Source: Diplonema japonicum (Eukaryota > Protista > Euglenozoa: Diplonemea). Taken from it: a stretch of DNA of 64,000 nucleotides. The DNA lies in contig OZ025699.1 in assembly GCA_964019335.1 (NCBI GenBank), forward strand, positions 62,001 through 126,000, written 5' to 3'. The notes under the pieces are model-generated. The model was not told the DNA's origin, searched no databases, and saw only the letters and a list, made by a program, of their open reading frames with translations. This document shows positions 33,352 to 43,460 of this stretch, one piece after another. Numbering within the stretch: the stretch's first letter is position 1; each line of letters begins with the position of its first letter. A program made the position numbers and the translations under genes.

Positions 33352-36300
33352 CACGCTGAAGGAGTCGATCGTCGGGCTGCAGAGGACGATCGACTCTCAG
33401 CAGGAGATGATCTCCGATCTGCGGACGACGCTCCGCCTCCTCCTGCCGCAGGCGGCCACGCTGACGACGGGAACGGCAGTGCCGCGGGACCCTACACCGG
33501 GGGCGACGACGACACACGACAGTGTATGGAAAGGGAAGGGGAAGGGGAAGAAGGGGGCTCCTCCTCTCGCTACGACCTCTGAGGCTGCGGTGACGAACCT
33601 GGGTACGAGGGGGCGGGCCAGGTCGTTCGCGGAGACCAAAGATCTCTTCACCAATGGGGTCAAGGGGCGCTCTGCCTCCATGGGTCCATCCAATTGAAGG
33701 GGCCCCGCAGAACAGGGGGAGCAGCAGATCCACGACCATGCTCCCTCTCCTAGTCTCCCTCGCATCCTCCCCAGGAGACTCCTACCTCTCTGTTTCTTCA
33801 CCGACTTTTCTGCACTGATCCCCACCCTACTCGGGAGGATGTCCGTCAGGGACCTGCTGGGGCTGCTTGGGCTGGTCGAAACAAACCCTGGCCCACCCAA
33901 GAAGCTGCCGCCCCCGTCGCCTAAGGGTCTCAAGGTTGTCTCGTGGAACTGCAACGGCCTCGTTGCGAAATGGACCGTCGTATCTCGCCATGCTGACTTC
34001 TTGTCGCTGGACATCATCATGATACAGGAGACGCACCTGAGGGAAGGGCACGACACGCCACACCTGCCTGGGTACAGGTCATACAGGAGGGATCGGTTGA
34101 CACCGGTGACTGACGGCACTGCGACGAGGGGTGGTGGTATTGTCACGTATGTCCGCGACGATCTTGCCTCGGAGGAGGTTCCGCACGTACTCCCGGCTGG
34201 GGACTGTGTCACTGAGAGACTGGATGTGAGGATCTCCTGCGAGAAGCGTGAGCCGATCACTCTCTCCAACGTTTACCTTACACCGGTAAGCGCGAGCAGA
34301 GGCACGAGGGACCCTGAGTACCTGCGGCCTGGCAGCCTTCCCATGGGGAAGAACACAGTCATAGCGGGTGACTTCAATGCTCACCACAGCTCCTGGGACG
34401 CCACGGTGACGACGCCGAACGAGAGGGGGAACGTGGTCAGGGACTGGCTGGACACCCACGGGTACTCCGTCTACAACGACCGCAACGAACCGACGAGGGA
34501 CTCGTCACGACACGTTCTGGACCTGGTTGTGGGGCGCTGCGCGAAGCTTGAGCCGAAGACGCTGGGCACGTGGGGCTCCGATCATAGTCCCGTATCCTTT
34601 CACCTGCCTCTTGAGGACGTCTACCGTTCGGAGCGCCCCTTCCCCACCTGGAATTTCAAAAAAGCCAGGTGGGACGACTACACTGCTGCTGTTGCCCGCC
34701 TGCTTGCTGGTGTTGACACGGCGGCTCCGATTGACTCTGTCACGAAGGGGTTTACACAAGCCCTTTTGACTGCGGCGAACGACCACATTCCCTTCTGTGG
34801 GATGCGACGTGGCCCGACCCCCTGGTGGACTGCTGAGCTCGAGGACGCCTTCGAAGAGCGGAACACCCTGCGCGAACTCCTGCTTCAAGAGGCGGACGTG
34901 GTGGAGGAGTACAGGGCGAAGGTGAAAGAAGTCAACCGACTTCTTGACGAGACGAAGCGTGAGGCATGGGGAAGGATGGCGGCCGACCTCAGCCGGAGCA
35001 AGGACCTCGGGGCTGCGTTCAGAGCGGTGAAGAAGCTGGACGGCAGGCACCGAAAGACACACCTTCCTGTACTCGAGGGAAGATTTGTGTCGGACAAGGC
35101 GAAGGCCGACCGGCTGGGGGCGCACTTCGCTAAGCTCTACGGCAGGCGTGGTGACGGGAACTCGAAGGACGCCGCTCCTTCTGCAAGCAGACTCGGGTGT
35201 CAAGCGTTCACCGTGGACGACCTCACCCGCGGCCTGAGAAGGATGAAGACGCGCAGCGCGGCCGGGGAAGACGGAATCTTCTCGGAGATGCTCCTTCACC
35301 TTAACTCGGACTCCCTCGGTGTTCTCCTTCTACTCCTCAATCGCTCCTGGCTGATGGGTGTCGTTCCCGGTGCCTGGAAGAAGGGAGTGATCGTCCCGGT
35401 ACCGAAACCTGGAAAAGATGCGACTCTCTTGGCTTCCTACCGGCCGATCTGCCTGACCAGCTGCCTCTGCAAGCTGCTGGAGAGGATGATCGAGGAGAGG
35501 CTCACGTTTCTTCTTGACGCGGACGGGACGGGAGTCGAGGGACTCCACGACAGCCAGGCTGGTTTCAGACGCGGCCGCTCCACGGAGGAGCAGGTGGCAA
35601 CCCTCACTGAGTGCATGTCGAGGAACAAAGACGATCGACGTCTCTCGGCCGCTCTGCTGTTCGACTTCTCTTCTGCCTTCGACCTGGTGCCCCATGGTGC
35701 CCTGCTGGACAAGATGCGAGGGAAGGGTCTCCCCGAACCCTTCGTGGAGTGGACGCGGTCCTTTCTATGCGGCCGTACTGCTGCGGTCACGATTGGACGG
35801 TCGAGGGGGTCGACGACGAAGGTGCGACGGGGTGTCCCCCAGGGCTCTGTCTTGGGTCCCATCCTGTACACCATCTACGTCGACGAACTCGCCAGGAGAC
35901 TGGAGGGACTGGCGGACGTCTCGGTGCTCTACGCCGACGACGTGGCGGTTGTGATCTCCTCTGGACAAGGGGACGTGGCTGGGCTGGAGCGGAAGGCGCA
36001 GGCGGTGGTGGATGCGGTTGAGGACTGGTGCAGGGAGCGTGACATGCTGCTGAGCACGTCCAAGACGCAGGCAGTCTGCGTCCCCCCCCAGAAACGTCTC
36101 GGGGTCTACTTCACTTCGTCACGAGTCCCCCTTCAGCCAGGTGCCTTCCAGAACCCACTCTTCGGCCTGGGGGTGAACGCCGATGGCACGATCTCCGGGG
36201 ACCAGGAGCTGGCGGGCCTTCAGGTTGTGGAGGCGGGTGGTGTGCGGATCCGCTGCGTGCGGGACATGCATGCAGCCGTGCGACGGCCCGACGTGGACTA

Positions 36301-38443
36301 CGTTGCGGCCCGTCCCCTGCCTCTGTCTGAACACGCGAGGTACCTTGGGGTAACGGTGGACTCTGGGCTCACGTTCGGTGAACACGCACAGGACATCCTA
36401 CGGCGGGCCAGCAAAAGGCTGAGGGTGCTGAAGCTCTTGTCTGGCACGTCCTGGGGCAGCAAGAGGGACACTCTGCGGTCTCTCTACGTTACGTACATCC
36501 TCCCGCTGCTGCGCTACTGCATGGGGGTCTACTACAGCAGGCTCGATGATGTCGGGAGGAAGGACCTGGCTGGGCTTCACCAGGAGGCGGCGGTGCTGAT
36601 CACGGGCTGCTGGAGTGGCTCCGGAGGGTACAAGCTCCTAGCTGAGGCAGGACTGCTTCCCCTCGAAAGAATGGCTGAGGGTGCTGCGGCGACGATGACG
36701 GCGAAGGCCTTCTGCTGGCAGTCTTCCCCGGTTCACAGGGAGACGGTCAAGCTGAAGCAGGCGAACAGGCTGGGGTGTGGGTGGCTGCGCTCTGGCTACC
36801 AAGCACTGCGTCGATGCGGGTTGGAACCAAAGGTGCACTTCGAGTACCTGTCGGCTACGCCCCTGGCGGCCCCGTGGCAGACAGGCATGGTCGACTTCAG
36901 GACTGACCTCCCCGGCGGGGTCACGCGATCGTCGCCAGACGCGGACAGGCGGAAGGCGGCCGAGGCTGCTCTTGCGGCTCTCCCCCCGGGCATCCATGCC
37001 TACACGGATGGCTCGGTTGTACAGGTCGGACAGAAGGCGAAAGGTGGCTCTGGGGTTTATCTGCAGCTGCCTCCCCCCCTGACCCCTGTGTCTGTGTGCC
37101 ATGGCGTCAACGACTTCTGTTCATCTTTTCGGGCAGAGGGCATGGCTGTGAAAACGGCGCTGGATATGGTGGCTACCCTCCGAAAAACACACCCTTCGCT
37201 GGCGAAGTCCCCGCTGTCGATCTGCACCGACTCCCTCTCCCTCGTCGAGCAGCTGCGAGCTGGCCCAACGCGACAGAGGGAGAAGCTCGACCACCAGACG
37301 TGGAGCCGGCTGGTGTCCGCGGCGCGCACGCAGGGGACACCGGTGGTCCTCCAGTTTGTGCCCTCCCACTGTGGGGTGGACGGGAACGAGAAGGCTGACG
37401 CTCTGGCCGGGGAGGGAACGAAGCGGAAGCAGGACAGGCCCTCCCTTGACTACCGATCAGTGAGGGCCCTGGTGCGACGGTGGGTGGTGCGGAGGTCCGC
37501 GGAGCTCATAACATCCCTCGCCCACAACTACGCGGTGGCGACCGAGCTTCGGTCTGCGCACTTCCCCCTTGGCTTCCCCAGACAAGCTGAAACGGTCATC
37601 TCGCGGCTGCGGATTGGTCACTCGGCTCTCTTCTTCGGCTTCCTGCAGACTGCTGGCCCGAACAGGAAGCACAAGGGTGTGCTCCGGTGCCCAGCCTGCC
37701 ACGCAGCACCGATGTCCAGGGAGCATGTTGTCGGTGGGTGCCCTGTGATCGGGAGGGGGGCGATCGACACTCCTGCTGGTACTCCCTCCCTAGCGTTCTC
37801 CCTGTCGAGACGCGTGACCCAGATCTACGACCTCATTGTTGAGTCTGGCCTGCTCGCCTGGTCACGCTCCGGACTGTTCACCTCGCCATCATCCCTGGCG
37901 TCTACAGACGTCACTGCACCTTCAAACGTGCCGCCCCCTCCTCCGGTCTCTCTTGACGCCGGTCCCGCGGCCCCCGTGCTGCGCTAAGGGATCGCCCGCG
38001 TGTGTGTAAAGTGAAATGTTGTGTTTTCCACTTTCCTTTCCCTTCCTTTCCCTTCCTTCACCTTCCTCTCACTGTTTCCCATTTCCCCTTTTTTTTTTAT
38101 TTTCACACTCACCAATGATTCGCTCAATAGGAGCAATACCTCCCTGGGGGGCTTTCCGCCGGAGGTTCCAGCCAAAGAAGGACATCCAGCTGGAAGGTAG
38201 GCCCCCGTTTTTCTCTCACTTGACTGAGGGAATAATGTAATTCAGCCCTCTTCGGCTGTCCCAAAGCAGAGCACGGGTTGGTGGGGGACCAGGGCTCCTC
38301 CTGCTTGCAGAAGCCTGGTCCATTGCCCTCCCTATTTCCCCATGGTTTCCCTTCACCTTTTTTTTCCCTTTTCTCAGGTGTTGCTCTCCATGGCGGCCCT
38401 GCATTGGTATTTTGAAAAAAAAAAAAAAAAAAAAAAAAAAAAA
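33352..38443 (+). mobile_element. LINE family A copy 1 (Ingi/L1Tc-like), 5'-truncated in ORF1, intact ORF2
   Basis: Matches the full copy at 47848-54821; poly(A) 38415-38443. Confidence 0.95.
33839..37987 (+). CDS. Family A ORF2: 2A-like peptide, AP endonuclease, RT, RNase H, zinc knuckle
   Basis: VETNPGP; SWNCNG, QET, GDFNAH, SDH; YRPICL, PQGSVLGP, YADD; YTDGS, TDS, FVPSHCG..NE.AD; CPAC..H...C. Confidence 0.97.
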   Translation: MSVRDLLGLLGLVETNPGPPKKLPPPSPKGLKVVSWNCNGLVAKWTVVSRHADFLSLDIIMIQETHLREGHDTPHLPGYRSYRRDRLTPVTDGTATRGGGIVTYVRDDLASEEVPHVLPAGDCVTERLDVRISCEKREPITLSNVYLTPVSASRGTRDPEYLRPGSLPMGKNTVIAGDFNAHHSSWDATVTTPNERGNVVRDWLDTHGYSVYNDRNEPTRDSSRHVLDLVVGRCAKLEPKTLGTWGSDHSPVSFHLPLEDVYRSERPFPTWNFKKARWDDYTAAVARLLAGVDTAAPIDSVTKGFTQALLTAANDHIPFCGMRRGPTPWWTAELEDAFEERNTLRELLLQEADVVEEYRAKVKEVNRLLDETKREAWGRMAADLSRSKDLGAAFRAVKKLDGRHRKTHLPVLEGRFVSDKAKADRLGAHFAKLYGRRGDGNSKDAAPSASRLGCQAFTVDDLTRGLRRMKTRSAAGEDGIFSEMLLHLNSDSLGVLLLLLNRSWLMGVVPGAWKKGVIVPVPKPGKDATLLASYRPICLTSCLCKLLERMIEERLTFLLDADGTGVEGLHDSQAGFRRGRSTEEQVATLTECMSRNKDDRRLSAALLFDFSSAFDLVPHGALLDKMRGKGLPEPFVEWTRSFLCGRTAAVTIGRSRGSTTKVRRGVPQGSVLGPILYTIYVDELARRLEGLADVSVLYADDVAVVISSGQGDVAGLERKAQAVVDAVEDWCRERDMLLSTSKTQAVCVPPQKRLGVYFTSSRVPLQPGAFQNPLFGLGVNADGTISGDQELAGLQVVEAGGVRIRCVRDMHAAVRRPDVDYVAARPLPLSEHARYLGVTVDSGLTFGEHAQDILRRASKRLRVLKLLSGTSWGSKRDTLRSLYVTYILPLLRYCMGVYYSRLDDVGRKDLAGLHQEAAVLITGCWSGSGGYKLLAEAGLLPLERMAEGAAATMTAKAFCWQSSPVHRETVKLKQANRLGCGWLRSGYQALRRCGLEPKVHFEYLSATPLAAPWQTGMVDFRTDLPGGVTRSSPDADRRKAAEAALAALPPGIHAYTDGSVVQVGQKAKGGSGVYLQLPPPLTPVSVCHGVNDFCSSFRAEGMAVKTALDMVATLRKTHPSLAKSPLSICTDSLSLVEQLRAGPTRQREKLDHQTWSRLVSAARTQGTPVVLQFVPSHCGVDGNEKADALAGEGTKRKQDRPSLDYRSVRALVRRWVVRRSAELITSLAHNYAVATELRSAHFPLGFPRQAETVISRLRIGHSALFFGFLQTAGPNRKHKGVLRCPACHAAPMSREHVVGGCPVIGRGAIDTPAGTPSLAFSLSRRVTQIYDLIVESGLLAWSRSGLFTSPSSLASTDVTAPSNVPPPPPVSLDAGPAAPVLR

Positions 38444-38447
38444 CATT

Positions 38448-38518
38448 GGCCCTATGGTGTAGCGGTAGCACTTTGGATTCCAAATCCAATAACGGCGGTT
38501 CGATTCCGTCTAGGGTCA
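38448..38518 (+). tRNA. tRNA-Trp(CCA)
   Basis: Acceptor ggcccta/tagggtc; anticodon arm ttgga-ttCCAaa-tccaa; ggttcgattcc T arm; oligo-T terminator. Confidence 0.92.
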
Positions 38519-38563
38519 TTTTATTTTACCCCAAAATAGTGTATCTCATCACAGAAAAAAGAA

Positions 38564-38636
38564 CACCCATGGTGGGGATCGAACCCACAATCTTTTGCTT
38601 AGGAAGCAAACGCCTTATCCATTGGGCTACACGGGC
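38564..38636 (-). tRNA. tRNA-Arg(CCT)
   Basis: gcccgtg/catgggt acceptor; tttgc-ttCCTaa-gcaaa; ggttcgatcc; T-run downstream. Confidence 0.92.
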
Positions 38637-39083
38637 AGCCATTTTTTTTTTAATAATAATAATAAATATTCCACTACCAGGCGGGAGGATCGAAGGGGAG
38701 TAGAGAAAACCATTCAAGGGAAAGGGAAAGGGACATCACTTCAAACCAAGAGAGGTGTTTGAAAGTGATTCGTGAAAAGCAGTCTCTGTTACTGAGCCAT
38801 TGGTCGAGGGGTCCTGGTCCGCTGCTCCCTGTTGTAAATTACTTGGACCCCCTCACCACGCTCTTTTCGTAATAAAATAAAACCGATCCCACCCACCAGG
38901 CAGCACCTGGGTCTCGAGGCATTAGCCGCCTCTAGTAACAAGAGACGACCTCCCAGATTTTAAGAACTTTGGTGGAGTTTCAATTGTGAAAAATTAACCA
39001 GCTGACTGTGAAACTCCACCGTCTGCTGGACTTGTTGGGCTTTCGGGAGCCAATAAATTCAATTCAATTAAGTTTCGTTCTTC

Positions 39084-39143
<60 letters not shown>

Positions 39144-39467
39144 TTTCTCAAAATAAAGGAATTCAAATCAAGCTCGATTGTGTACACCGAAGCTTGAATC
39201 ATCTGTCCTTCTTTTTTTTCTTTTTTTTTTTTTCTTTTTTCTTTCTATATGAAAGGTGAGTGAAAAATTTGAATAACACTGGGGGCGGGGGACAGGGGCC
39301 TGGTAATGGAAAATAAGGGAAGACACTGGGGAGGGAGGTGAAAAGAAAGGATAGGAGTGAAGCCAGAGTCGAGAGATTGAGTTAGAAACAATTGCTGTCT
39401 GAAGTCGTTTAACAACTTCAGACCTCAATGTTTGGAGAGTATAACATATTATAATTTATAAGTTTTT

Positions 39468-42400
39468 TCACAATGTTCCCTGCCGCTCCAAGAGCTGGGC
39501 GGTCTTACAGGCGTCGGTGGACAGGAGGACTTTGAGGGAAGGAAGGGAGCTACCGAAGATCTGACTCCTTTGGTCGATCCTCTTTCCGTCTTGGCATTCC
39601 CGTAGGAGGTGGCTTAGAGTCTGGGGTTGCGAACATAGATGGCACGGGACCTCCTCGACTGGGGGTATGAGTAGGTATCCGCAAGTGAGTGGGCTCTTCC
39701 CCACCCTCAGCCTCATGATCGCCACTTCTTTCTTTCTGTCCAGCTCCTCGAACTTCTCGTAACTTCCGGCAAACTGCTCCCTGTACGTCTTTGTGACGCC
39801 AGTATCCTTCCATAGGCGGAGGTGGCTTCTGATGACATGCTTCCTCACCAGAGTTTTAACCACCTCAATGTCTGTCTCACGGGTGTGGGCCAGTCTTTCG
39901 CTCGCCTCTTTTGCCTTCTGGTCCGCCTTCTCGTTCCACTTGTACCCGCAGTGACTCGGGACGTATTGAACGATTAGCTTGTGGCCTCTGCCTGTCAAGC
40001 TCGCGACCTCCTGCCAGAGTTCGAAGTCATCTTTGGAGGCTGCCGACATGTGTCCCTGGCACATCTTCCGTATCACCGACTGCGAATCTGTGCATATCAG
40101 AACCATCCCTTGGCTTGCAAGCTTCCTCTCTGAGAGTCTTGTCGCCAGTCGGATCCCTAGCCTCAGGGCCCTGAGTTCGCATTTGTAGGATGTCGAATAC
40201 AGTCCACCGCTGATCCCGTAGGCAGCATCGGACCCGTTGTGCAGCAGGATGGCGGCCGAGCCTCCGTTTTTCCCATCCTTTACGGACCCGTCTGTGAACA
40301 CCATGCAGAATGCCCGGCCGTGTTTCTCGCATAACCTGTTCAGGGTGTTCGTTGTTGCCTCTTTCCTGACCTCTTTTGGGTCCGTCCTTTTCACCTGCGT
40401 GTCTAGGAAGGGGGAGAGCACGAGTTGCCCCTCGAATCTTTGCCAGGGTGCAACCGCGAGTCTCCTCATGAAGACGGCGCCCGAGTGAGGTGTGCCCGTC
40501 CTCTCTGGGAGTTTGTAGGCTTTCGATGCCTCTCTCTGTTTGTCAGACCAAGTCCTCCTTGGTAGGAGCTTCTCGTACCTGGTCAGATCCTCCAGAGGCT
40601 GAGTCGCCTGGTATGCGGCGGTGTCCACTTTTCTCATCAGTGACTCGTAGAGCAACAGGCTGTCGTGTTCGATCAGCGCATCCAGGGTCCACAGCCCCGC
40701 TTCGTTCAGTGTCGCGAATGTCTCTGATGACGCGATGCAGCCTGTGATCTTCACCGCTGCCCTGTATTGAAGCTTCTTGATGCCTTCGTGGGGCGTGTTC
40801 CTCCCGCTCGGGAGAAATGACCCGTACACGCCCAAGCAGTATCTGAAGACTGGTTGCACATATGTGAGGTATAGAGCCCTCAACACCACCTTCTTGCAAC
40901 CCCATCTCGTTCCCGCAAGGCAGCTCAGCAGCCTGACCCTGCTTTCACCTCTTTCCAAGACGTCTCTGGAGTGTTCGGAGAAAAGCATGTCCTCCTCGAA
41001 GGTGACTCCGAGCAGCTTTGTTTTTTCGACCACCTCGAGTTCTTCGCCGGTCTTGAAAGTTGCTCTGATCTTCCCCTTCAGTGTTCTCTGCGGATAGGAG
41101 ATGCCAGCAACGGGAAGGAACTCTGTCTTTCCCTTGGAGATCACCATCGAGTTTCTCGAGCACCAGCTCTCCACAACCCTCAGGATCTTCATCAGTTTTC
41201 CATTCAAGCTGTCCAGGTCTTTTTCGTGCAGCACCACCGCAATGTCGTCTGCGTACATCACGGCATCAATGCCCTCCTTTTCGAACGTCTCTGAGAGGTC
41301 GTCCATGTAGATCGAGAAGAGGGTTGGGGCAAGGATGGTTCCCTGTGGAACCCCACCCGTTATGTGTTCGTGCTTCCCTGTTTCGCCACTCACCTTGACG
41401 GCAGCGATCCTCTGGTCTAGGAAAGCGGCCACCCAGTCCGTAATTCTTTGCGGGTAGCCATTACTCCTCATTTTCGCATTTAGACCCTTGTGCCACACTG
41501 TGTCGAAGGCTCCTTTCAGGTCGAAGAGCAAAAGTCCGCCGCAGAACTCATCGTCTCTGATGCGGTTCAGTTTCGTGGTCACTTGCAGGACGTTCTCTTC
41601 TGTGGAGCGCCCTTTCCTGAAACCTGACTGCATTTTGTGCACCCTCTTCACATCTCCCACGTCTTGGTGGTAGTCGACCCTTATCTTTACTATCCTCTCC
41701 ATTGTCTTTGAAATGTTGGAGGTTAGCGATATCGGTCTGTACGATGCCGGATCACTTCTTGACTTGCCCTTTCCTTTGTAAAGTGGGATTATGTGCGTGA
41801 ACCTCCAGTCTGATGGTACCACTCCCTTCTCCCATGACATATTGAACAGATGGAGTAATGTGTCCATGGCCGTCCCCCCCAGGTGTTTCAGCATCTCGTT
41901 GTAGACACCGTCTGGGCCCGGGGATTTCCCCTTCTTCAACTGCCTCAGCGCGTGCTTCAGTTCCTCCATGCTTATCCCTGGGCAAGTGACCCTGTCCCTC
42001 AAGTCCTTGATCACTTTGGACTTCCTGTTTTCACCGTCCAGCATCTTCTTTGTGTCCTTGTTAAGGTGGGGTGCAAAAGCCTTTGCGTAGTGCTCCACAA
42101 GGACGTCTGCTTTTTGCTTCGCCGATGTGTGTAGCTTGCCGCCTGCCATTAGTGGTGCTACTGGATCTTTGTCCTTCCTGCCATCGAGCGTTTTTATCGT
42201 CCTGAAAGCGTGTCCCAAGTCCTTTTTCTGAGACAGCTCCTTCATGTAGTCGGCCCACGCTCTTTTCTTCCCTTCATCGATCTGTTTCTGCACTTGCCTG
42301 CTGATTTCACCAAGCCTCTCGCATTGTTCTATCGATGGGATGCCGATGTCCGACATAATCTCCTTCTTCAGAGCGTTTCTTCTTCCAACCAGTTGCGTCA

Positions 42401-43460
42401 GCTCTTCAGTCCACCACGCTTTCCCGCCTCTCGCTCCCCCTCTTGGGATGAAGAGCCTGGCGGCCTCCTTGACTGCTTCAGTGAACTGCTTGTTTAGCCT
42501 GACCGGGTCTCCTGTTCTCTGCAGGTGCCTCAGGGTGTACTCCAGATGATTTCTGTACCCCTCCCAGTCAGCTTTTTTGAAGCTGAATTTCTTAATGGTT
42601 GGTCCGGTTTCGTATTTCGTTCTTATCCGGATGGACATGGGTATGTGGTCAGACCCCCATGAATCGAGGGTTGTCCAGGATCTAGAGTCCATGTCTGGCC
42701 CGCTTATCACCAGGTCCGGTGATGATAAGGAACCTCTTGTGTTCAATAGTGTCGGTGTGGCTTTGTCATTCCAGGGTCGCATCCCTTTCTCGATCATCCA
42801 CTTTGCGACTTTGTCACCTATGAGGTCCTCTTTCTTTCTTCTCCCGTCCCACAGAGGGTGGTGGGCGTTGAAATCCCCCATGATTAAGGTTCTGTCCCCT
42901 GTCGGGAGTGTGTTCGGGTTGAAGTAGGTGTCGATGCTCGGTCTGTCATCGCTCGGATCTGACGGCGATGTTGGTGGAAGGTAGATGTTCACCAGGAGGA
43001 TCTCCTTTTGACCTGGCGGGTATATTTTGACGTCCAGTCTTTCCGTCACGTCATTTTTCTTCTCCTTCCTTTCGACACCGCTAGCGTTGATGCCTTCTTT
43101 CACGAGAGTCAGTAAGCCGCCCCCTTTTATGGGGAAATTCCTCCTTCTCGGTCGCGTCCTGTCTCTTCGGAAAGCTCTGTACCCTTCGAACCAGCCGTGG
43201 ATCGCATCGTCTGATGTTAGGTGTGTCTCTTGGAGACACAGGATGTCCGGCGCTGTTTCTTCGATAGCCTTCTCGATTTCGGCCTTCCTAGCTCTGAGGG
43301 ACCTCACGTTCAGCGAGACTATCTTCAGCCATCCGTCTTTCGCGGCTGGCCCCGGGTTCTGCTCGACGTCACCGCACGCCAAGATGTCCATATCATGTGG
43401 TCCGCAACCTTTGCGCATCTTTCTCGGTGTGGTCGAGGGTCGTTTCAGCATGTATGTCAC
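39468..43460 (-). CDS. Family B ORF2: 2A-like peptide, AP endonuclease, RT, RNase H, zinc knuckle
   Basis: GDVEQNPGP; SLNVRS, QET, GDFNAH, SDH; YRPISL, PQGTIL, YADD; FTDGS, YVPSHCG..NEKAD; CHLC..H...C. Confidence 0.96.
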   Translation of the reverse strand: MTYMLKRPSTTPRKMRKGCGPHDMDILACGDVEQNPGPAAKDGWLKIVSLNVRSLRARKAEIEKAIEETAPDILCLQETHLTSDDAIHGWFEGYRAFRRDRTRPRRRNFPIKGGGLLTLVKEGINASGVERKEKKNDVTERLDVKIYPPGQKEILLVNIYLPPTSPSDPSDDRPSIDTYFNPNTLPTGDRTLIMGDFNAHHPLWDGRRKKEDLIGDKVAKWMIEKGMRPWNDKATPTLLNTRGSLSSPDLVISGPDMDSRSWTTLDSWGSDHIPMSIRIRTKYETGPTIKKFSFKKADWEGYRNHLEYTLRHLQRTGDPVRLNKQFTEAVKEAARLFIPRGGARGGKAWWTEELTQLVGRRNALKKEIMSDIGIPSIEQCERLGEISRQVQKQIDEGKKRAWADYMKELSQKKDLGHAFRTIKTLDGRKDKDPVAPLMAGGKLHTSAKQKADVLVEHYAKAFAPHLNKDTKKMLDGENRKSKVIKDLRDRVTCPGISMEELKHALRQLKKGKSPGPDGVYNEMLKHLGGTAMDTLLHLFNMSWEKGVVPSDWRFTHIIPLYKGKGKSRSDPASYRPISLTSNISKTMERIVKIRVDYHQDVGDVKRVHKMQSGFRKGRSTEENVLQVTTKLNRIRDDEFCGGLLLFDLKGAFDTVWHKGLNAKMRSNGYPQRITDWVAAFLDQRIAAVKVSGETGKHEHITGGVPQGTILAPTLFSIYMDDLSETFEKEGIDAVMYADDIAVVLHEKDLDSLNGKLMKILRVVESWCSRNSMVISKGKTEFLPVAGISYPQRTLKGKIRATFKTGEELEVVEKTKLLGVTFEEDMLFSEHSRDVLERGESRVRLLSCLAGTRWGCKKVVLRALYLTYVQPVFRYCLGVYGSFLPSGRNTPHEGIKKLQYRAAVKITGCIASSETFATLNEAGLWTLDALIEHDSLLLYESLMRKVDTAAYQATQPLEDLTRYEKLLPRRTWSDKQREASKAYKLPERTGTPHSGAVFMRRLAVAPWQRFEGQLVLSPFLDTQVKRTDPKEVRKEATTNTLNRLCEKHGRAFCMVFTDGSVKDGKNGGSAAILLHNGSDAAYGISGGLYSTSYKCELRALRLGIRLATRLSERKLASQGMVLICTDSQSVIRKMCQGHMSAASKDDFELWQEVASLTGRGHKLIVQYVPSHCGYKWNEKADQKAKEASERLAHTRETDIEVVKTLVRKHVIRSHLRLWKDTGVTKTYREQFAGSYEKFEELDRKKEVAIMRLRVGKSPLTCGYLLIPPVEEVPCHLCSQPQTLSHLLRECQDGKRIDQRSQIFGSSLPSLKVLLSTDACKTAQLLERQGTL

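Noticed and set aside
38448-38518. UGA=Trp genetic code reassignment
   Set aside because: Host genes end at TGA followed by UTR or further stops, and tRNA-Trp has an ordinary 5-bp anticodon stem
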